Shown one piece after another: positions 1 to 7,510 of a DNA stretch of 21,271 bases. The notes under the pieces are model-generated. The model was not told where the DNA came from. It saw nothing but the letters and a program-made list of their open reading frames with translations, and searched no databases. Location of the stretch: NCBI GenBank assembly GCA_039179045.1, contig JBCDEZ010000025.1, forward strand, positions 1 through 21,271. The letters run 5' to 3'. Source of the DNA: Chlamydiota bacterium (GTDB taxonomy: Bacteria; Chlamydiota; Chlamydiia; Chlamydiales; SM23-39). A program made the position numbers and the translations under genes. Every line of letters starts with the position of its first letter. Position 1 is the stretch's first letter.

Positions 1-75
1 CTCAAGAAAACCAAGTACTCAAAGAGTAGAAGGTTACTTAAAATGCCTGATGATGAATCAAATGATGAGAACTGA
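1..75 (+). CDS. 3' end of an upstream gene, truncated by the window edge (LKKTKYSKSRRLLKMPDDESNDEN*)
   Basis: Frame 1 is open from base 1 to TGA at 73-75 and gives a charged, C-terminus-like peptide. Function cannot be assigned. Confidence 0.5.
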   Translation, partial: LKKTKYSKSRRLLKMPDDESNDEN

Positions 76-77
76 GA

Positions 78-162
78 GCTAGAAAACCTTCAAGGATAGT
101 CCTAGTTGGTCTGAAAATCTGATTTTTTCAACAAGGCCCCTCTGCAAGGCAAGGGTTCTAGC
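78..162. repeat. Short palindromic element with CTAG-containing inverted ends
   Basis: GCTAGAA (78-84) and TTCTAGC (156-162) form a perfect 7-bp inverted repeat, extending imperfectly (ctagaaaacctt vs ctagaaccctt). There is an inner palindrome tgaaaatc/gattttttca (112-130). Confidence 0.35.
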
Positions 163-381
163 GCGAAGTACGCTACGCTCGCGCGGTTAGGTAATCTGCT
201 TATTTAAATTTGATTTTTATTGTCACTCTTTAAATAAAAACAAAACCGAAAAGATTTTTTCCGGATTATCAATTAAATAAGGGAAATTTATAATTTAAAA
301 TAATCCGCGTTGAGTTTCGGATTTTCCATCCTAAAGAATGGGCTGCATTGAGGCAAGATATTGCGTGACGGTTTTTTATGC

Positions 382-561
382 TATATCCATTTCATCTGAA
401 GAATTGGGTTAAGCGGAAACATAGAGGTAGGAGCTATTTGTGATTTGTTTCTTCAGTGCGTGGAAAAGCTGTGGACTTAAGCGAGGATAAACTCTCCCGA
501 AACTCCACCCTTTTGTTTCTGGAGAATTTCCTTACACAACTCTTCAGTGAAGATGGGTATA
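382..561. mobile_element. MITE-like palindromic element, copy A (180 bp, TATA ends)
   Basis: Left end tatatccatttcatctgaagaattgggt vs reverse complement of right end tatacccatcttcactgaagagttgtgt: 21/28 ungapped matches. No coding capacity. A related copy lies at ~1707-1825. Confidence 0.6.
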
Positions 562-862
562 CATAAGTACAGTCAGTGTATCCGTTTTGCAGCGTAAGCT
601 ACATCTATCATTTTTTGATCTCTTATGGAGTAATCTATGGGCTGGAAAAGTACCTATTTTCCACTAGGTAGAATCTTTTTGCAGCAAACTCTTTGCTATC
701 CCATTGTTTAATCCATTCAAACCGAACCGCTGGTTGTTAGACGGCAGCTTAACTAGGAATACAGGTTCTAAGAGAATTTTTTTGTCCGCTGTTCTTCCCG
801 ATTCTGATTGTATGCGGTCTTATCGCAAATAGCATTCCTTTGGAGGTCTCCCACGAAAATTC

Positions 863-891
863 TTGAAAAAATTTTATGTTTGCTATATAAA
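863..891 (+). promoter_or_regulatory. Putative sigma66/sigma70 promoter of the 241-aa ORF
   Basis: TTGAAA (863-868), N17, TATAAA (886-891), about 30 nt upstream of ATG 921. GAGAG RBS-like sequence at 907-911. Confidence 0.45.
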
Positions 892-920
892 ATTTTTTTA
901 CTATACGAGAGTGTACCTAT

Positions 921-1646
921 ATGACTGCAGCCGGAGAAAATCTTCGTTACTACGTTGATACTTACAATCAGATTCGGTTTCTGTCTTTCAACAGCGATGA
1001 AGATTTTATACAAAAAGACATTGCCTCTACGTTTTACGTGGATCCGATTACTGGTAAAGGTTTTGTCTATGGAGCAAAACTCCCCAGGAGAGAAGTTCGT
1101 GAAATGCACCTCCTCTTTGCTAAGAATAACCCCGGGGAGATCTTTTGCGCTCTGAAAAATGCGCTATTTCATAGGGCGTGCATACACGCCTCTTTGGGAA
1201 CCGCTTTTTTGGTGTTATCGGTAGCCCTGTGTATTATTTTCCAAAATCCCTGGTATATTCTATGTGCTTTTCCCAGCCTGTATACCTACAGGGAATGTAT
1301 AAGGTATTGGCATATAAACACGTGTTTCGCTCCCAATATGGCCCAATTGGCACAACAGACAGCCGACATGCTTCTCGAGTCTCCCACTTCTTCCAATCAT
1401 ACTTGGAGCGTTTGGGTCAACGAGGAGCAATATCGATGGGATCTTCCGCAAGACTTTCCAAACCGCAAAAGCTACCTAAAAACCGCATTTCAACACGTTT
1501 TCGCAGCGCGGAAATATTCCCATATTAGCCAAACGGATATCAAGTCGCCTGGTGGCAAATTTTCTACCCTAAGTGGGAAGGATATCTCCGCAATTTTGGG
1601 GGGTACATTCAACAAACGATCCAGCTTTAGAGAAAGTGGGACATAG
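921..1646 (+). CDS. Hypothetical membrane-associated protein (241 aa)
   Basis: Long ORF with promoter- and RBS-like signals. Central hydrophobic stretch SLGTAFLVLSVALCIIFQNPWYILCAFPSLY suggests a transmembrane hairpin. No recognisable catalytic motif. Confidence 0.75.
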   Translation: MTAAGENLRYYVDTYNQIRFLSFNSDEDFIQKDIASTFYVDPITGKGFVYGAKLPRREVREMHLLFAKNNPGEIFCALKNALFHRACIHASLGTAFLVLSVALCIIFQNPWYILCAFPSLYTYRECIRYWHINTCFAPNMAQLAQQTADMLLESPTSSNHTWSVWVNEEQYRWDLPQDFPNRKSYLKTAFQHVFAARKYSHISQTDIKSPGGKFSTLSGKDISAILGGTFNKRSSFRESGT

Positions 1647-1706
1647 CACGTTTTTCACGAAAATATGCGCCTTTGGGCTGATTTACAACTCCGAGATGAA
1701 AAAGTG

Positions 1707-1825
1707 TACCCATTTTTTAGCTCGTGCAAAAGCTCCGGACTGAGTAGGGATAAATCCTCCAAAACCCCCACTTTTTTCCTTACGAAACACTTCCTTGACG
1801 CAGCTCTTAGCTCAAAATGGGCGTA
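1707..1825. repeat. Diverged copy B of the 382-561 element, same orientation
   Basis: cgtgcaaaagctccggactgagtagggataaatcctccaaaacccccacttttt (from 1723) aligns with cgtggaaaagctgtggacttaagcgaggataaactctcccgaaactccacccttttg (from 459). Right ends are similar (ttccttgacgcagctctt...aaatgggcgta vs ttccttacacaactctt...agatgggtata). It has its own inverted ends, cccattttttagct and agctcaaaatggg. The left boundary is uncertain and could extend to ~1643. Confidence 0.55.
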
Positions 1826-2206
1826 GAGTAATCCTTCTTTGTGGATTTAGGAGCGTACATACCGAGGAATGTGAACCCGACTGCGCAGAGCTGCTTTAGT
1901 ACCGCTCTTGAAAAAGTAGCAGACAAAGTAGGAAGTGATTTCAATAAGATCATTTTTGCCAATCCGGATAAGCCTCTTAACTCACCCTGTCAGCAAGATT
2001 CCCTTTCTGATTTTGACCAATAAAAGCTACCTAAACATGGCCTACCAGTTGGGGCTTTTCACCACTCTTTTCCTCTCCCAGCCCCCCATTGCAATCCATT
2101 ACTGAAGGATAAAGATGCCTACTCCCAGTATAGCGCGCGCGCAAGATGTGCAAGAATCCAGCAGAGCTGTTGCAGAGCACTGGGAGGCGTAGAAGTAAGT
2201 TTTCGA

Positions 2207-3050
2207 TATAGTAGTTTGAACGTAAACTTTTTTATTATATATACTCTTAACACGATATCTTATTATTCACGAAAAAAAAGCCTTAAAATACATAGAAAAA
2301 GGTGGATCAAAAGTAGAAGTAAGCCAAATTTTTGGTGTGACCGTTCAAACGTTCATTAAGTGGATCAAGCGAAAGCGTGTAGGGAAACTAATGCCGAGTA
2401 CATCAAGAGAAAAGAAACCTCAGAAGTTAGAGGCGGAAAAATGAAAGGCCTATATCAAAAAGCATCCAGACCGCTATTTAAGGGAAATCGCCGAAGAATT
2501 TGGAGTCACGATTACAGTCGTTTTTTATGCGTGCACGGGTCTGAAGATCACTTTAAAAAAGACGCCCTTTTAGAGAAAACGGGATTTACATTGATGAAAG
2601 TGGGATCAATGAATACCTTCGCCGTCAACACGACAAAGCTCTCCGAAGAGAAAAAATACACGGAGCGGTGTCTGGCAATCGCTATCAGAGAGAAAATTTT
2701 ATAGCAGCAAAAAAGCAGAGTACGATCTTTGCCCCCTTTTGCTATACGGGGACTTGCAACACCTCATTGTTGAACACATGGCTCGAAAAAATATGCATTC
2801 CCAAGTTAAATCCTGGAGATGTTCTTATTTTGGATAACGCGAGCTTTCATAAATGAGCGACAACAATTGAGATGGTAGTAAAAGCCGGATGTGAGGCGCT
2901 ATTTTTACCACCCTATTCACCAGATTTTGGGGCAATTTTAAAGGGAGGGTAAAAGAAACAATCAAAATCTATTCAAATCTTTCCGAAGCGATTGATCGTA
3001 CTTTTTGGGGAATTTGCACATAATGAAAAATTTATATTCAAACTACTATA
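2207..3050 (+). mobile_element. IS630-family insertion sequence, defective (~840 bp plus TA target duplication)
   Basis: Perfect 14-bp inverted termini TATAGTAGTTTGAA (2207-2220) and TTCAAACTACTATA (3037-3050), extending imperfectly to ~31 bp. TA at both ends as expected for IS630. Transposase remnants inside. Confidence 0.93.
2256..3010 (+). pseudogene. IS630 transposase pseudogene (HTH plus DDE domains); boundaries approximate
   Basis: OrfA: ALKYIEKGGSKVEVSQIFGVTVQTFIKWIKRK...K*KAYIKKHPDRYLREIAEEFGV...LKITLKKTPF*, with stops at TGA 2442-2444 and TAG 2571-2573 and a slippery run TTTAAAAAAG at 2552-2561. OrfB: YIDESG...ILDNASFHK* (TGA 2854-2856)...LPPYSPD. The NPIE motif carrying the third catalytic residue is missing. 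Confidence 0.9.
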
Positions 3051-3165
3051 GAGCAGCTGAAGATCTTCTTATCCAGTACGCGCGCCTAAGAGGAGCAGGC
3101 CTACTGAAACTCTCTATTGGAGAAAACCTTCGAGAGCCTCCTAGAGAGAAGATACGGAGATCTTG

Positions 3166-3195
3166 TTGCGCTCCCTTTTTACCCTATGGTAGACT
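3166..3195 (+). promoter_or_regulatory. Putative promoter of the ftsY operon
   Basis: TTGCGC (3166-3171), N18, TAGACT (3190-3195), with an extended -10 TG at 3187-3188. Confidence 0.45.
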
Positions 3196-3219
3196 GATCC
3201 CTTGAGATGGAGAAAATCT

Positions 3220-4137
3220 ATGTTTCAGTCTATCCGACGCACCCTGAAGAGAATCCACTCTTCTTTCACCTCGTTTCGCTCAGAGCTCGGGAAAAAAATC
3301 CGCGCTCTTTTCTCAGGGAAGGTGGACGAATCCTCTTTCGAACAGCTCGAGCAGCTCTTTTTCGAAGCCGATCTAGGGGCTGAGCTCTCTTTACACCTCG
3401 TCGATAAAATCCGAGCTCTACACCAAGAAAATCCCCAGATCGCAACCGAACAGGTACTGGCAAAAGTGCGCGAAGAGCTGCTTAAAATCCTCCGCCCCTC
3501 CGCCCCTTTTCCCGCTTTGAAACCGCTGCATGTGATCTTAGTAGTGGGTGTGAACGGAGCTGGAAAAACCACCACGATTGCTAAGCTTGCGCACCACTAC
3601 AAAACCCAAGGGAAAAAAGTGCTCATATCTGCCTCGGATACTTTCCGAGCGGCCGCTGTGGAGCAGCTCGATCACTGGGCAAAAAAGTTGGGCGTCGACA
3701 TCGTAAAATCGGCGCCGAAGGCCGATCCTGCAAGCGTCGCTTTCGACGCGCTTAGCTCCGCTCAAGCAAAGGGTTGCGATATCCTTTTGGTGGATACAGC
3801 AGGCAGGCTGCATACGAAAACAGACCTGATGCATGAGCTGGAAAAGATCTGCCGCACTTTGCAAAAAAAACTCCCCTCAGCGCCCCACGAAACATTTTTG
3901 GTCGTAGACGCCTGTTCGGGACAAAACGCCCTCGATCAGGCCGCAATTTTCCATGAGTATGCGCGCATCTCTTCGCTTGTGCTCACCAAGCTCGATGGGA
4001 GCGCTAAGGGAGGTGTGGTCGTCGCTTTGAAACACCAGAAAAACCTCGATGTACGCTTTGTGGGTCTAGGCGAGTCCGAAGAGGATTTAGTCCCCTTCGA
4101 TCCCGAAGCATTCGTAAGTGCTCTTTTGCAACCGTAG
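3220..4137 (+). CDS. ftsY: Signal recognition particle receptor FtsY (short form, no acidic A-domain)
   Basis: Motifs GVNGAGKTTTIAKLA, DTFRAAAVEQL, DTAGRLHTK, TKLDGSAKGG. ATG at 3220 with GGAG RBS preferred to TTG 3202. Confidence 0.97.
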   Translation: MFQSIRRTLKRIHSSFTSFRSELGKKIRALFSGKVDESSFEQLEQLFFEADLGAELSLHLVDKIRALHQENPQIATEQVLAKVREELLKILRPSAPFPALKPLHVILVVGVNGAGKTTTIAKLAHHYKTQGKKVLISASDTFRAAAVEQLDHWAKKLGVDIVKSAPKADPASVAFDALSSAQAKGCDILLVDTAGRLHTKTDLMHELEKICRTLQKKLPSAPHETFLVVDACSGQNALDQAAIFHEYARISSLVLTKLDGSAKGGVVVALKHQKNLDVRFVGLGESEEDLVPFDPEAFVSALLQP

Positions 4138-4140
4138 CCT

Positions 4141-5019
4141 ATGCCCCCTTGTTCAAACCCTCGCCCTCAAGACTCTCGCCGATACAAGAGCGCTACGGAA
4201 ACGCTCGCAGATTGGACCGAGGATTTGATCTCCTACCTTAAAGAAGAACAACCGACGGTTTTTCTAGAAAATCCCTTGCTCCTTGCAGACTCCCCCGCGA
4301 AAATTCGTGAAAAAAAGTCGCCCACTTCCCCTCAAAAGAGGCTCTTGAAGCAGGTAACACCTACACCTCCGATTGCCTCTCCAAAAGAAAAACAGCCCGT
4401 ACGCTCCCCCGCAAAAGAGGAACAAAAAAAACCCATCTCAAAAGAGGGCGAAGAGAAAGTAGCCAGCCATACAGCCCTCCTAAGCCTTCAGAAAAACAAG
4501 GAGAGCTACCCCTTCTCCCCTCCGGATGACTTGGCAGATGTGGAGGCAACCGTGGATCTGCTCCAACTGTTTCCGATACTCCGGGAGATCCCTTCAGATC
4601 GTACTGCGCACGAAAGGCAAAAAGCCTATCTCCACCAGCGTCAGATTGCGCCCGTCACAGTACTGCGCTTTGACGAGCGGGATGAAAAACGGTGTTTTTT
4701 GGAGCACGTGGCGCTCGCAATCTCTTTACATATAGCTCCTGCTAAGGTCGCCTCTTACACCAAAAACTGGGATTTGCCTCAGCTTCTAAAAACGCAGACA
4801 TGCCACTGCTTCATTGCAGAAAAGGCAGGCCTTTTCTCCGCGCCTAGATTGCTTGAGCAGTACCAAGAAAATGGGGAGGGTACCGAGTCATTTCTTGCAG
4901 GCGTGCGACTGATTTGCCTCGAAGAGATCACTACCTATTTCTTCCACCCAGAAAAAAAACAGGATCTTTGGAAACTATTGACCACGATTTTGCCCGAACT
5001 ATGTCCTACACAGAAATAG
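4141..5019 (+). CDS. Conserved hypothetical protein (positionally CT779-like) with a Pro/Lys/Glu-rich linker
   Basis: 292-aa ORF starting 3 nt after the ftsY stop and overlapping the priA start by 19 nt. Adjacency to priA matches recalled chlamydial gene order. Confidence 0.8.
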   Translation: MPPCSNPRPQDSRRYKSATETLADWTEDLISYLKEEQPTVFLENPLLLADSPAKIREKKSPTSPQKRLLKQVTPTPPIASPKEKQPVRSPAKEEQKKPISKEGEEKVASHTALLSLQKNKESYPFSPPDDLADVEATVDLLQLFPILREIPSDRTAHERQKAYLHQRQIAPVTVLRFDERDEKRCFLEHVALAISLHIAPAKVASYTKNWDLPQLLKTQTCHCFIAEKAGLFSAPRLLEQYQENGEGTESFLAGVRLICLEEITTYFFHPEKKQDLWKLLTTILPELCPTQK

Positions 5020-7193
5020 CTCTTTTTTCTTGTCCCAATCAGAGTTTCGATTATGCCATCCCCAAGGATCTAGCTGTAGAAGTAGGAGACTACGTGGAGG
5101 TTCCTTTCCGCAAGAGCACAGCCTCTGGGTATGTTGTGCGGAAAAAGGAGAATAGCGCTTTTGCCAAGGCACGCCCCATTTTTGCGTGCGATCAAAAAAG
5201 AAGACTACCCCCTGAGCTGCTCGATTTGGCGCGGTGGATGGCCCAATACTACTGCACACCCCTCAGCAAAGTTGTCCTCGGCATGATTCCCTCTTCAGTA
5301 ACCAAAAAAGTAGAGGAAAAACCTGAGATAGAGTTCTACTTGCTCCAGACAAAAGAATCTACACGCCAAGAGATCTGCCAGTTACGCACAAAGTTCCCAA
5401 AGCGAGGAGAGCTCTTAGAGCGCTTTTTGCAACGCTCTACCTGGAAAGCGAGCGAGCTATCACAGTACCGCTCGCAGATCGCAACTCTCTACAAAAAAAA
5501 ATGGATCGGGAAAAGAACCCTTTTCTCCATCGAAGAGCGGATGCAAAACCAAGAGTACTTTCTCACAACAGAAAAACAGCTTACAGAAGAGCAAGCGACC
5601 GCCTGTAAAAGCATTACAAGCGGTCTCGATAGGGGAACATTTCAGGTGTTTCTACTGCATGGAGTCACAGGAAGCGGCAAAACCGAGCTCTACTTGCAAA
5701 GTGCGAAAAGAGCGCGCGCACTCGGGAAAGATGTCCTTGTTTTGGTGCCGGAAGTGGCTCTCACCTCCCAGCTGATCGAGAAATTTCGTTCCCGCTTTGC
5801 AGAACCGATTGGGGTGATCCACCACCAACGTTCTTTGAAGGAGAAAAGCGCCGACTGGAAAAAAATCCAAGAGGGTTCTTTGCACATCGTATTGGGAGCG
5901 CGCTCGGCTGTTTTTGCGCCCTTGAAAAATATAGGCCTGATCATTGTAGATGAGGAGCACGACAGCTCCTACAAACAGAGCGAAGAGATGCCCACTTACC
6001 ACGCACGCGATATCGCCATCAAACGAGGATCCCAAATAGGAGCGTCCGTTGTTTTGGGCTCTGCCACCCCCTCACTGGAGAGCTACTACAAAGCAACAAG
6101 GAGCAAGTACACGCTCCTCTCCCTCACAAAAAGAGCTACAGCCTCTTCACTTGCTCCCGTTAAAATCATCGATATGGGAAAAGAATATGAAAAAGCAGGA
6201 GGCTTCACCCACTTTTCTGCAGAGCTCCTTGAAGGGATCAAAAAAAGGAGAGTGAAGGGTGAGCAGACGCTCCTTTTTTTCAACAGGAGAGGATACCGAA
6301 CAGCGCGTATTTGCACCAAGTGCTCCAAACCTCTTTGCTGCCCTTTTTGTGATCTTGCCCTCACACTGCACAAAAAAGAGGAACGGCTCCGCTGTCACCT
6401 CTGCCACTTCCAGATGCCCTCCCCTAGAAAATGCCCCTACTGCGGAGCGGTGGATGAGGCGAAGTACCAAGGATTTGGTACAGAGCATATTGAACGCTCT
6501 TTACAAGCGCTCTTGCCCGAGATCCGTACGCTCCGGATGGATCGAGATACCACAAGAAAAAAGGGCGCGCATGAAGCACTTTTCCGCGCCTTCCGCTCGG
6601 GCAAAGCCGATGTTTTGATCGGGACGCAGATGATCGCAAAAGGGTTCCACTTCCCCTCGGTTACTCTAGTGGGCGTTTTGCACCCAGAAAAAGCGCTTTT
6701 TCTTCCCGACTTTCGGGCTCCCGAATTTGTCTTCCAACTCATCACACAAGTAGCGGGAAGAGCAGGAAGAGAAGAGCTTTCAGGGGAGGTATTGATCCAG
6801 ACACACCTTCCGAAAGATCCTCTTTTGCACCTTGCAAAAGAGCAGCAATTCCTCCCCTTTTATGCAAAGGAGATCGCGGGTAGAGAGGATTTTACCTATC
6901 CCCCCTTTTCTCGGATGATCAAAGTTGTGCTCTCCTCTCCCAATCCAGCTGAGCTACGCCGAGCGGCGAAGAGCTTGCATTTCTCTTTCGAAAAGGTGCT
7001 GCGAGAAGATTCTGTTTACCCCATTACAGAGCCGCACCACGCTAAAGTAGCAGGGCGATTTCGTTTGCACATCTTGCTCCGCACAAAGAATATAGGCAAA
7101 ACCACAGCGCACCTTAAAGCTCTAGTAGAGGCGCTCGAAACTCCACGATCTTTGCGGATCTTAGTCGATGTAGACTGTATCTCTATCCTCTAG
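5001..7193 (+). CDS. priA: Primosomal protein N' (replication restart helicase PriA)
   Basis: Motifs GVTGSGKT, DEEH, GSATPSLES, four CxxC pairs (CTKC, CPFC, CHLC, CPYC), GTQMIAKG, QVAGRAGR. Start taken at ATG 5001 (MSYTEIA). Confidence 0.97.
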   Translation: MSYTEIALFSCPNQSFDYAIPKDLAVEVGDYVEVPFRKSTASGYVVRKKENSAFAKARPIFACDQKRRLPPELLDLARWMAQYYCTPLSKVVLGMIPSSVTKKVEEKPEIEFYLLQTKESTRQEICQLRTKFPKRGELLERFLQRSTWKASELSQYRSQIATLYKKKWIGKRTLFSIEERMQNQEYFLTTEKQLTEEQATACKSITSGLDRGTFQVFLLHGVTGSGKTELYLQSAKRARALGKDVLVLVPEVALTSQLIEKFRSRFAEPIGVIHHQRSLKEKSADWKKIQEGSLHIVLGARSAVFAPLKNIGLIIVDEEHDSSYKQSEEMPTYHARDIAIKRGSQIGASVVLGSATPSLESYYKATRSKYTLLSLTKRATASSLAPVKIIDMGKEYEKAGGFTHFSAELLEGIKKRRVKGEQTLLFFNRRGYRTARICTKCSKPLCCPFCDLALTLHKKEERLRCHLCHFQMPSPRKCPYCGAVDEAKYQGFGTEHIERSLQALLPEIRTLRMDRDTTRKKGAHEALFRAFRSGKADVLIGTQMIAKGFHFPSVTLVGVLHPEKALFLPDFRAPEFVFQLITQVAGRAGREELSGEVLIQTHLPKDPLLHLAKEQQFLPFYAKEIAGREDFTYPPFSRMIKVVLSSPNPAELRRAAKSLHFSFEKVLREDSVYPITEPHHAKVAGRFRLHILLRTKNIGKTTAHLKALVEALETPRSLRILVDVDCISIL

Positions 7194-7443
7194 AATCTCA
7201 GCATGAAAGCGGGATTTCATGGGCACCCAAACCTTTCACAAAACAGCCATTTCAAGTGCCCGCTTGTCTCCAATCATAGCACTTTCGTACGCATTGAGAA
7301 TCCTACGATGAGATTTTGGCAGGCAATCGGAAGGGAATATCGTGTGCGCGTCTAAGCAAAGTGCACAGAACAAGGATCTCCAGACATCGAGGGATGAATA
7401 AACTGGCTCATTGTCCATGCATTTGCGCACGACAGAAGCGCAC

Positions 7444-7471
7444 CGCTCTTTTTCTGAAGAGCGCTCTCTTT
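7444..7471 (+). terminator. Terminator-like hairpin upstream of lysS
   Basis: CGCTCTT (7444-7450) pairs with AAGAGCG (7457-7463), followed by a weak tail CTCTCTTT. Confidence 0.3.
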
Positions 7472-7472
7472 A

Positions 7473-7501
7473 TGGACAAATATGGAAAAACGGCGCAAAA
7501 T
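7473..7501 (+). promoter_or_regulatory. Putative lysS promoter
   Basis: TGGACA (7473-7478), N17, CAAAAT (7496-7501), 9 nt before ATG 7511. This would give a nearly leaderless mRNA. Confidence 0.3.
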
Positions 7502-7510
7502 AGTATTTCT

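Noticed and set aside
262..307. Inverted repeat CGGATTAT...ATAATCCG in AT-rich DNA
   Set aside because: Only 8-bp arms in low-complexity AT-rich sequence, with no second copy or associated gene.
638..712. 24-codon ORF with GGAG RBS (MGWKSTYFPLGRIFLQQTLCYPIV)
   Set aside because: Too short to support and cannot be joined in frame to the 921 ORF because of multiple stops. At best a remnant.
2360..2704. 114-aa ORF inside the IS
   Set aside because: It is out of frame with the recognisable transposase motifs and is a shadow ORF of the pseudogene.
3005..3205. 66-aa ORF crossing the IS right end
   Set aside because: It starts inside the IS, runs through the terminal repeat and the ftsY promoter, and has no RBS or motif.
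7316..7510. 65-aa N-terminal extension of LysS in the ORF track
   Set aside because: It does not resemble LysS and spans a hairpin and promoter-like sequence. ATG 7511 gives a normal-length protein.
7194..7510. T-box or lysine riboswitch upstream of lysS
   Set aside because: No T-box GGTGGNACC sequence or lysine-riboswitch consensus is visible.
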